A stretch of DNA of 64,000 nucleotides from Auanema rhodensis. Taxonomy: Eukaryota > Animalia > Nematoda. The stretch spans positions 2,976,001 through 3,040,000 of the forward strand of contig OZ059897.1 in NCBI GenBank assembly GCA_964057225.1. The letters run 5' to 3'. Within the stretch, counting starts at the first letter, position 1. The number at the start of each line of letters is the position of its first letter. The notes beneath the pieces were generated by a model. It was not told where the DNA came from and did no database searches. It saw only the letters and a list, made by a program, of their open reading frames with translations. The translations under genes and the position numbers were made by a program. Below, in pieces: positions 52,651 to 64,000 of this stretch.

Positions 52651-55600
52651 GTCACAATGTTTTTGGAAGCAATGTTGAGTGTACATGGGAACTCAGCATA
52701 CACTAATGCATTATTTTTCAAACGATCATAACTAATTTTTGTATAGAGCGTTTCTCAATGTAGTATAGTGCATTCGATGCGGATTTTTAAGCTGCGTCGA
52801 TCTGTGTTATCAGATTTGAGTTAGCTTGAAAATGCACCGAGATATCAACTGATATATGTTCACACTTATATCCTCGATTTTCACCCTGAAGAAATGATTT
52901 TTTCGTTGAAAAACATTGTCCATCGTATTCGTCTTGAAAAAAGGAATCTAAAAACATCTACTTTTTGTGAAATTATTCAGAAATTTTTCGGGAAAATTTT
53001 TGTCACAATGTTTTTGGAAGCAATGTTGAGTGTACATGGGAACTCAGCATACACTAATGCATTATTTTTCAAACGATCATAACTAATTTTTGTATAGAGC
53101 GTTTCTCAATGTAGTATAGTGCATTCGATGCGGATTTTTGAGCTGCGTCGATCTGTGTTATCAGATTTGAGTTAGCTTAAAAATGCACCGAGATATCAAC
53201 TGATATATGTTCACACTTATATCCTCGATTTTCACCCTGAAGAAATGATTTTTTCGTTGAAAAACATTGTCCATCGTATTCGTCTTGAAAAAAAGAATCT
53301 AAAAACATCTACTTTTTGTGAAATTATTCAGAAATTTTTCGGGAAAATTTTTGTCAAAATGTTTTTGGAAGCAATGTTGAGTGTACATGGGAACTCAACA
53401 TACACTAATGCATTATTTTTCAAACGATCATAACTAATTTTTGTATGGAGCGTTTCTCAATGTAGTATAGTGCATTCGATGCGGATTTTTGAGCTGCGTT
53501 GATCTGTGTTATCAGATTTGCGCTAGCTTAAAAATGCACCGAGTAATCAACTGATATAGGTTCACACTTATATCCTCGATTTTCACCCTGAAGAATTAAT
53601 TTTTTCGTTGAATAACATTGTCCATCGTCTTTGCCTTGAGAAAATAAATCTAAAAACTCCTACTTTTTGTGAAATTATTTAGAAATTTTTCGGGAAAATT
53701 TTTGTCACAATGTTTTTGGAAGCAATGTTGAGTGTACATGGGAACTCAGCATACACTAATGCATTATTTTTCAAACGATCATAACTAATTTTTGTATAGA
53801 GCGTTTCTCAATGTAGTATAGTGTATTCGATGCGGATTTTTGAGTTGCGTTGATCTGTGTTATCAGATTTGCGCTAGCTTAAAAATGCACCGAGTAATCA
53901 ACTGATATATGTTCACACTTATATCCTCGATTTTCACCCTGAAGAAATGATTTTTTCGTTGAAAAACATTGTCCATCGTATTCGTCTTGAAAAAAGGAAT
54001 CTAAAAACATCTACTTTTTGTGAAATTATTTAGAAATTTTTCGGGAAAATTTTTGTCACAATGTTTTTGGAAGCAATGTTGAGTGTACATGGGAACTCAG
54101 CATACACTAATGCATTATTTTTCAAACGATCATAACTAATTTTTGTATAGAGCGTTTCTCAATGTAGTATAGTGCATTCGATGCGGATTTTTAAGCTGCG
54201 TCGATCTGTGTTATCAGATTTGAGTTAGCTTAAAAATGCACCGAGATATCAACTGATATATGTTCACACTTATATCCTCGATTTTCACCCTGAAGAAATG
54301 ATTTTTTCGTTGAAAAACATTGTCCATCGTATTCGTCTTGAAAAAAGGAATCTAAAAACATCTACTTTTTGTGAAAGTATTTAGAAATTTTTCGGGAAAA
54401 TTTTTGTCACAATGTTTTTGGAAGCAATGTTGAGTGTACATGGGAACTCAGCATACACTAATGCATTATTTTTCAAACGATCATAACTAATTTTTGTATA
54501 GAGCGTTTCTCAATGTAGTATAGTGCATTCGATGCGGATTTTTAAGCTGCGTCGATCTGTGTTATCAGATTTGAGTTAGCTTAAAAATGCACCGAGATAT
54601 CAACTGATATATGTTCACACTTATATCCTCGATTTTCACCCTGAAGAAATGATTTTTTCGTTGAAAAACATTGTCCATCGTATTCGTCTTGAAAAAAAGA
54701 ATCTAAAAACATCTACTTTTTGTGAAATTATTCAGAAATTTTTCGGGAAAATTTTTGTCAAAATGTTTTTGGAAGCAATGTTGAGTGTACATGGGAACTC
54801 AACATACACTAATGCATTATTTTTCAAACGATCATAACTAATTTTTGTATGGAGCGTTTCTCAATGTAGTATAGTGCATTCGATGCGGATTTTTAAGCTG
54901 CGTCGATCTGTGTTATCAGATTTGAGTTAGCTTAAAAATGCACCGAGATATCAACTGATATATGTTCACACTTATATCCTCGATTTTCACCCTGAAGAAA
55001 TGATTTTTTCGTTGAAAAACATTGTCCATCGTATTCGTCTTGAAAAAAGGAATCTAAAAACATCTACTTTTTGTGAAAGTATTTAGAAATTTTTCGGGAA
55101 AATTTTTGTCACAATGTTTTTGGAAGCAATGTTGAGTGTACATGGGAACTCAGCATACACTAATGCATTATTTTTCAAACGATCATAACTAATTTTTGTA
55201 TAGAGCGTTTCTCAATGTAGTATAGTGCATTCGATGCGGATTTTTAAGCTGCGTCGATCTGTGTTATCAGATTTGAGTTAGCTTAAAAATGCACCGAGAT
55301 ATCAACTGATATATGTTCACACTTATATCCTCGATTTTCACCCTGAAGAAATGATTTTTTCGTTGAAAAACATTGTCCATCGTATTCGTCTTGAAAAAAA
55401 GAATCTAAAAACATCTACTTTTTGTGAAATTATTCAGAAATTTTTCGGGAAAATTTTTGTCAAAATGTTTTTGGAAGCAATGTTGAGTGTACATGGGAAC
55501 TCAACATACACTAATGCATTATTTTTCAAACGATCATAACTAATTTTTGTATAGAGCGTTTCTCAATGTAGTATAGTGCATTCGATGCGGATTTTTGAGC

Positions 55601-58600
55601 TGCGTTGATCTGTGTTATCAGATTTGAGTTAGCTTAAAAATGCACCGAGATATCAACTGATATATGTTCACACTTATATTCTCGATTTTCACCCTGAAGA
55701 AATGATTTTTTCGTTGAAAAACATTGTCCATCGTATTCGTCTTGAAAAAAAGAATCTAAAAACATCTACTTTTTGTGAAATTATTCAGAAATTTTTCGGG
55801 AAAATTTTTGTCAAAATGTTTTTGGAAGCAATGTTGAGTGTACATGGGAACTCAACATACACTAATGCATTATTTTTCAAACGATCATAACTAATTTTTG
55901 TATGGAGCGTTTCTCAATGTAGTATAGTGCATTCGATGCGGATTTTTAAGCTGCGTTGATCTGTGTTATCAGATTTGCGCTAGCTTAAAAATGCACCGAG
56001 TAATCAACTGATATAGGTTCACACTTATATCCTCGATTTTCACCCTGAAGAATTAATTTTTTCGTTGAATAACATTGTCCATCATCTTTGCCTTGAAAAA
56101 AGAAATCTAAAAACTCCTACTTTTTGTGAAATTATTTAGAAATTTTTCGGGAAAATTTTTGTCACAATGTTTTTGGAAGCAATGTTGAGTGTACATGGGA
56201 ACTCAGCATACACTAATGCATTATTTTTCAAACGATCATAACTAATTTTTGTATGGAGCGTTTCTCAATGTAGTATAGTGCATTCGATGCGGATTTTTTA
56301 GCTGCGTTGATCTGTGTTATCAGATTTGAGTTAGCTTAAAAATGCACCGAGATATCAACTGATATATGTTCACGCTTATATCCTCGATTTTCACCCTGAA
56401 GAAATGATTTTTTCGTTGAATAACATTGTCCATCATCTTTGCCTTGAAAAAAGAAATCTAAAAACTCCTACTTTTTGTGAAATTATTTAGAAATTTTTCG
56501 GGAAAATTTTTGTCACAATGTTTTTGGAAGCAATGTTGAGTGTACATGGGAACTCAGCATACACTAATGCATTATTTTTCAAACGATCATAACTAATTTT
56601 TGTATAGAGCGTTTCTCAATGTAGTATAGTGCATTCGATGCGGATTTTTAAGCTGCGTCGATCTGTGTTATCAGATTTGAGTTAGCTTGAAAATGCACCG
56701 AGATATCAACTGATATATGTTCACACTTATATCCTCGATTTTCACCCTGAAGAAATGATTTTTTCGTTGAAAAACATTGTCCATCGTATTCGTCTTGAAA
56801 AAAGAAATCTAAAAACATCTACTTTTTGTGAAATTATTTAGAAATTTTTCGGGAAAATTTTTGTCACAATGTTTTTGGAAGCAATGTTGAGTGTACATGG
56901 GAACTCAGCATACACTAATGCATTATTTTTCAAACGATCATAACTAATTTTTGTATAGAGCGTTTCTCAATGTAGTATAGTGCATTCGATGCGGATTTTT
57001 AAGCTGCGTCGATCTGTGTTATCAGATTTGAGTTAGCTTAAAAATGCACCGAGATATCAACTGATATATGTTCACACTTATATCCTCGATTTTCACCCTG
57101 AAGAAATGATTTTTTCGTTGAAAAACAATGTCCATCGTATTCGTCTTGAAAAAAAGAATCTAAAAACATCTACTTTTTGTGAAATTATTCAGAAATTTTT
57201 CGGGAAAATTTTTGTCAAAATGTTTTTGGAAGCAATGTTGAGTGTACATGGGAACTCAACATACACTAATGCATTATTTTTCAAACGATCATAACTAATT
57301 TTTGTATGGAGCGTTTCTCAATGTAGTATAGTGCATTCGATGCGGATTTTTAAGCTGCGTCGATCTGTGTTATCAGATTTGAGTTAGCTTAAAAATGCAC
57401 CGAGATATCAACTGATATATGTTCACACTTATATTCTCGATTTTCACCCTGAAGAAATGATTTTTTCGTTGAAAAACATTGTCCATCGTATTCGTCTTGA
57501 AAAAAAGAATCTAAAAACATCTACTTTTTGTGAAATTATTCAGAAATTTTTCGGGAAAATTTTTGTCAAAATGTTTTTGGAAGCAATGTTGAGTGTACAT
57601 GGGAACTCAACATACACTAATGCATTATTTTTCAAACGATCATAACTAATTTTTGTATGGAGCGTTTCTCAATGTAGTATAGTGCATTCGATGCGGATTT
57701 TTAAGCTGCGTCGATCTGTGTTATCAGATTTGAGTTAGCTTAAAAATGCACCGAGATATCAACTGATATATGTTCACACTTATATTCTCGATTTTCACCC
57801 TGAAGAAATGATTTTTTCGTTGAAAAACATTGTCCATCGTATTCGTCTTGAAAAAAAGAATCTAAAAACATCTACTTTTTGTGAAATTATTCAGAAATTT
57901 TTCGGGAAAATTTTTGTCAAAATGTTTTTGGAAGCAATGTTGAGTGTACATGGGAACTCAACATACACTAATGCATTATTTTTCAAACGATCATAACTAA
58001 TTTTTGTATAGAGCGTTTCTCAATGTAGTATAGTGCATTCGATGCGGATTTTTAAGCTGCGTCGATCTGTGTTATCAGATTTGAGTTAGCTTGAAAATGC
58101 ACCGAGATATCAACTGATATATGTTCACACTTATATCCTCGATTTTCACCCTGAAGAAATGATTTTTTCGTTGAAAAACATTGTCCATCGTATTCGTCTT
58201 GAAAAAAGAAATCTAAAAACATCTACTTTTTGTGAAATTATTTAGAAATTTTTCGGGAAAATTTTTGTCACAATGTTTTTGGAAGCAATGTTGAGTGTAC
58301 ATGGGAACTCAGCATACACTAATGCATTATTTTTCAAACGATCATAACTAATTTTTGTATAGAGCGTTTCTCAATGTAGTATAGTGCATTCGATGCGGAT
58401 TTTTAAGCTGCGTCGATCTGTGTTATCAGATTTGAGTTAGCTTAAAAATGCACCGAGATATCAACTGATATATGTTCACACTTATATCCTCGATTTTCAC
58501 CCTGAAGAAATGATTTTTTCGTTGAAAAACAATGTCCATCGTATTCGTCTTGAAAAAAAGAATCTAAAAACATCTACTTTTTGTGAAATTATTCAGAAAT

Positions 58601-61600
58601 TTTTCGGGAAAATTTTTGTCAAAATGTTTTTGGAAGCAATGTTGAGTGTACATGGGAACTCAACATACACTAATGCATTATTTTTCAAACGATCATAACT
58701 AATTTTTGTATGGAGCGTTTCTCAATGTAGTATAGTGCATTCGATGCGGATTTTTAAGCTGCGTCGATCTGTGTTATCAGATTTGAGTTAGCTTAAAAAT
58801 GCACCGAGATATCAACTGATATATGTTCACACTTATATTCTCGATTTTCACCCTGAAGAAATGATTTTTTCGTTGAAAAACATTGTCCATCGTATTCGTC
58901 TTGAAAAAAAGAATCTAAAAACATCTACTTTTTGTGAAATTATTCAGAAATTTTTCGGGAAAATTTTTGTCAAAATGTTTTTGGAAGCAATGTTGAGTGT
59001 ACATGGGAACTCAACATACACTAATGCATTATTTTTCAAACGATCATAACTAATTTTTGTATGGAGCGTTTCTCAATGTAGTATAGTGCATTCGATGCGG
59101 ATTTTTAAGCTGCGTCGATCTGTGTTATCAGATTTGAGTTAGCTTAAAAATGCACCGAGATATCAACTGATATATGTTCACACTTATATCCTCGATTTTC
59201 ACCCTGAAGAAATGATTTTTTCGTTGAAAAACAATGTCCATCGTATTCGTCTTGAAAAAAAGAATCTAAAAACATCTACTTTTTGTGAAATTATTCAGAA
59301 ATTTTTCGGGAAAATTTTTGTCAAAATGTTTTTGGAAGCAATGTTGAGTGTACATGGGAACTCAACATACACTAATGCATTATTTTTCAAACGATCATAA
59401 CTAATTTTTGTATGGAGCGTTTCTCAATGTAGTATAGTGCATTCGATGCGGATTTTTAAGCTGCGTCGATCTGTGTTATCAGATTTGAGTTAGCTTAAAA
59501 ATGCACCGAGATATCAACTGATATATGTTCACACTTATATCCTCGATTTTCACCCTGAAGAAATGATTTTTTCGTTGAAAAACATTGTCCATCGTATTCG
59601 TCTTGAAAAAAAGAATCTAAAAACATCTACTTTTTGTGAAATTATTCAGAAATTTTTCGGGAAAATTTTTGTCAAAATGTTTTTGGAAGCAATGTTGAGT
59701 GTACATGGGAACTCAACATACACTAATGCATTATTTTTCAAACGATCATAACTAATTTTTGTATGGAGCGTTTCTCAATGTAGTATAGTGCACTCGATGC
59801 GGATTTTTGAGCTGCGTTGATCTGTGTTATCAGATTTGCGCTAGCTTAAAAATGCACCGAGTAATCAACTGATATATGTTCACACTTATATCCTCGATTT
59901 TCACCCTGAAGAAATGATTTTTTCGTTGAAAAACATTGTCCATCGTATTCGTCTTGAAAAAAAGAATCTAAAAACATCTACTTTTTGTGAAATTATTCAG
60001 AAATTTTTCGGGAAAATTTTTGTCAAAATGTTTTTGGAAGCAATGTTGAGTGTACATGGGAACTCAACATACACTAATGCATTATTTTTCAAACGATCAT
60101 AACTAATTTTTGTATGGAGCGTTTCTCAATGTAGTATAGTGCATTCGATGCGGATTTTTGAGCTGCGTTGATCTGTGTTATCAGATTTGCGCTAGCTTAA
60201 AAATGCACCGAGTAATCAACTGATATAGGTTCACACTTATATCCTCGATTTTCACCCTGAAGAATTAATTTTTTCGTTGAATAACATTGTCCATCGTCTT
60301 TGCCTTGAGAAAAGAAATCTAAAAACTCCTACTTTTTGTGAAATTATTTAGAAATTTTTCGGGAAAATTTTTGTCACAATGTTTTTGGAAGCAATGTTGA
60401 GTGTACATGGGAACTCAGCATACACTAATGCATTATTTTTCAAACGATCATAACTAATTTTTAAATAGAGCGTTTCTCAATTTAGTATAGTGCATTCGAT
60501 GCGGATTTTTGAGCTGCGTTGATCTGTGTTATCAGATTTGCGCTAGCTTAAAAATGCACCGAGTAATCAACTGATATATGTTCACACTTATATCCTCGAT
60601 TTTCACCCTGAAGAAATGATTTTTTCGTTGAAAAACATTGTCCATCGTATTCGTCTTGAAAAAAAGAATCTGAAAACATCTACTTTTTGTGAAATTATTT
60701 AGAAATTTTTCGGGAAAATTTTTGTCACAATGTTTTTGGAAGCAATGTTGAGTGTACATGGGAACTCAGCATACACTAATGCATTATTTTTCAAACGATC
60801 ATAACTAATTTTTAAATAGAGCGTTTCTCAATGTAGTATAGTGCATTCGATGCGGATTTTTGAGCTGCGTTGATCTGTGTTATCAGATTTGCGCTAGCTT
60901 AAAAATGCACCGAGTAATCAACTGATATATGTTCACACTTATATCCTCGATTTTCACCCTGAAGAAATGATTTTTTCGTTGAAAAACATTGTCCATCGTA
61001 TTCGTCTTGAAAAAAGAAATCTAAAAACTCCTACTTTTCGTGAAATTATTTAGAAATTTTTCGGGAAAATTTTTGTCACAATGTTTTTGGAAGCAATGTT
61101 GAGTGTACATGGGAACTCAGCATACACTAATGCATTATTTTTCAAACGATCATAACTAATTTTTGTATAGAGCGTTTCTCAATGTAGTATAGTGCATTCG
61201 ATGCGGATTTTTAAGCTGCGTCGATCTGTGTTATCAGATTTGAGTTAGCTTGAAAATGCACCGAGATATCAACTGATATATGTTCACACTTATATCCTCG
61301 ATTTTCACCCTGAAGAAATGATTTTTTCGTTGAAAAACATTGTCCATCGTATTCGTCTTGAAAAAAAGAATCTAAAAACATCTACTTTTTGTGAAATTAT
61401 TCAGAAATTTTTCGGGAAAATTTTTGTCAAAATGTTTTTGGAAGCAATGTTGAGTGTACATGGGAACTCAACATACACTAATGCATTATTTTTCAAACGA
61501 TCATAACTAATTTTTGTATGGAGCGTTTCTCAATGTAGTATAGTGCATTCGATGCGGATTTTTGAGCTGCGTTGATCTGTGTTATCAGATTTGCGCTAGC

Positions 61601-64000
61601 TTAAAAATGCACCGAGTAATCAACTGATATAGGTTCACACTTATATCCTCGATTTTCACCCTGAAGAATTAATTTTTTCGTTGAATAACATTGTCCATCG
61701 TCTTTGCCTTGAGAAAATAAATCTAAAAACTCCTACTTTTTGTGAAATTATTTAGAAATTTTTCGGGAAAATTTTTGTCACAATGTTTTTGGAAGCAATG
61801 TTGAGTGTACATGGGAACTCAGCATACACTAATGCATTATTTTTCAAACGATCATAACTAATTTTTGTATAGAGCGTTTCTCAATGTAGTATAGTGCATT
61901 CGATGCGGATTTTTGAGTTGCGTTGATCTGTGTTATCAGATTTGCGCTAGCTTAAAAATGCACCGAGTAATCAACTGATATATGTTCACACTTATATCCT
62001 CGATTTTCACCCTGAAGAAATGATTTTTTCGTTGAAAAACATTGTCCATCGTATTCGTCTTGAAAAAAGGAATCTAAAAACATCTACTTTTTGTGAAATT
62101 ATTTAGAAATTTTTCGGGAAAATTTTTGTCACAATGTTTTTGGAAGCAATGTTGAGTGTACATGGGAACTCAGCATACACTAATGCATTATTTTTCAAAC
62201 GATCATAACTAATTTTTGTATAGAGCGTTTCTCAATGTAGTATAGTGCATTCGATGCGGATTTTTAAGCTGCGTCGATCTGTGTTATCAGATTTGAGTTA
62301 GCTTAAAAATGCACCGAGATATCAACTGATATATGTTCACACTTATATCCTCGATTTTCACCCTGAAGAAATGATTTTTTCGTTGAAAAACATTGTCCAT
62401 CGTATTCGTCTTGAAAAAAGGAATCTAAAAACATCTACTTTTTGTGAAATTATTTAGAAATTTTTCGGGAAAATTTTTGTCACAATGTTTTTGGAAGCAA
62501 TGTTGAGTGTACATGGGAACTCAGCATACACTAATGCATTATTTTTCAAACGATCATAACTAATTTTTGTATAGAGCGTTTCTCAATGTAGTATAGTGCA
62601 TTCGATGCGGATTTTTAAGCTGCGTCGATCTGTGTTATCAGATTTGAGTTAGCTTAAAAATGCACCGAGATATCAACTGATATATGTTCACACTTATATC
62701 CTCGATTTTCACCCTGAAGAAATGATTTTTTCGTTGAAAAACATTGTCCATCGTATTCGTCTTGAAAAAAAGAATCTAAAAACATCTACTTTTTGTGAAA
62801 TTATTCAGAAATTTTTCGGGAAAATTTTTGTCAAAATGTTTTTGGAAGAATGTTGAGTGTACATGGAAACTCAACATACACTAATGCATTATTTTTCAAA
62901 CGATCATAACTAATTTTTGTATAGAGCGTTTCTCAATGTAGTATAGTGCATTCGATGCGGATTTTTGAGCTGCGTTGATCTGTGTTATCAGATTTGAGTT
63001 AGCTTAAAAATGCACCGAGATATCAACTGATATATGTTCACACTTATATTCTCGATTTTCACCCTGAAGAAATGATTTTTTCGTTGAAAAACATTGTCCA
63101 TCGTATTCGTCTTGAAAAAAAGAATCTAAAAACATCTACTTTTTGTGAAATTATTCAGAAATTTTTCGGGAAAATTTTTGTCAAAATGTTTTTGGAAGCA
63201 ATGTTGAGTGTACATGGGAACTCAACATACACTAATGCATTATTTTTCAAACGATCATAACTAATTTTTGTATGGAGCGTTTCTCAATGTAGTATAGTGC
63301 ATTCGATGCGGATTTTTAAGCTGCGTTGATCTGTGTTATCAGATTTGCGCTAGCTTAAAAATGCACCGAGTAATCAACTGATATAGGTTCACACTTATAT
63401 CCTCGATTTTCACCCTGAAGAATTAATTTTTTCGTTGAATAACATTGTCCATCATCTTTGCCTTGAAAAAAGAAATCTAAAAACTCCTACTTTTTGTGAA
63501 ATTATTTAGAAATTTTTCGGGAAAATTTTTGTCACAATGTTTTTGGAAGCAATGTTGAGTGTACATGGGAACTCAGCATACACTAATGCATTATTTTTCA
63601 AACGATCATAACTAATTTTTGTATGGAGCGTTTCTCAATGTAGTATAGTGCATTCGATGCGGATTTTTAAGCTGCGTTGATCTGTGTTATCAGATTTGCG
63701 CTAGCTTAAAAATGCACCGAGTAATCAACTGATATAGGTTCACACTTATATCCTCGATTTTCACCCTGAAGAATTAATTTTTTCGTTGAATAACATTGTC
63801 CATCGTCTTTGCCTTGAAAAAAGAAATCTAAAAACTCCTACTTTTCGTGAAATTATTTAGAAATTTTTCGGGAAAATTTTTGTCACAATGTTTTTGGAAG
63901 CAATGTTGAGTGTACATGGGAACTCAGCATACACTAATGCATTATTTTTCAAACGATCATAACTAATTTTTGTATAGAGCGTTTCTCAATGTAGTATAGT

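Larger units (their letters stand above)
3408..63260 (+). other. 61 copies of a 62-codon ORF embedded in the satellite monomer; most likely non-coding
   Basis: The ORF is open only in monomers carrying both ATG (vs TTA) and CAG (vs TAG). The translation is F/K/I-rich because of A/T tracts, with no recognisable domain. Confidence refers to it being a real CDS. Confidence 0.05.
1..64000. repeat. Tandem satellite DNA array, 351-bp monomer, ~182 head-to-tail copies, open at both window edges
   Basis: The same sequence recurs every 351 bp (e.g. ATG at 9725/10076, 22361/22712). All ORF starts fall at 249-243 mod 351. Monomer 4461-4811 has 114/351 G+C. No interruptions or inversions seen. Confidence 0.99.

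Noticed and set aside
60532-60759. 75-aa minus-strand ORF
   Set aside because: It is created by one private SNP (ctAaaa>ctGaaa at 60672) that removes a minus-strand TAG present in nearly all other monomers.
3408-63260. Multi-copy 62-aa protein gene family
   Set aside because: Most monomers lack the ATG or carry an in-frame TAG, composition mirrors the A/T tracts, there is no synonymous-site bias and no recognisable domain.
1-64000. CRISPR array or other repeat-spacer/cassette system
   Set aside because: There are no unique spacers or cargo; the full 351 bp repeats, and no cas, integrase or reverse transcriptase gene is present.
1-64000. A/B monomer order as an information-bearing code, or the array as a pure assembly artefact
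   Set aside because: The order is well explained by nested duplication and conversion. Hierarchically shared private SNPs and deletions argue for real evolutionary structure, although individual blocks need read confirmation.

Overview
The whole 64 kb window is one uninterrupted head-to-tail satellite DNA array: about 182 copies of a 351-bp AT-rich monomer, all in one orientation. One hand-counted monomer is about 32% GC with no CpG depletion. I see no unique sequence, RNA genes, CRISPR spacers or transposon insertions. The 61 near-identical 62-aa ORFs are by-products of one monomer allele, not credible genes. The array looks eukaryotic and heterochromatic or (peri)centromeric, probably invertebrate; that is an inference and I cannot name the family. 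What is interesting lies inside the array. (i) Two monomer haplotypes (A/B) are arranged in variable 3-4-mer higher-order patterns, with chimeric monomers. (ii) Nested block duplications of 4, 5, 13 and 21-29 monomers, plus an older ~36-41 kb duplication, can be traced with private SNPs. (iii) Length is strikingly conserved, with only six 1-bp deletions. (iv) The monomer is dense in inverted repeats, and the common stem variants keep G-U pairing on the + strand. (v) A-type monomers carry a hammerhead-ribozyme-like core (CTGAAGA-stem II-GAAA-stem III) that lacks a convincing stem I. No novel protein-coding system can be supported from this window.
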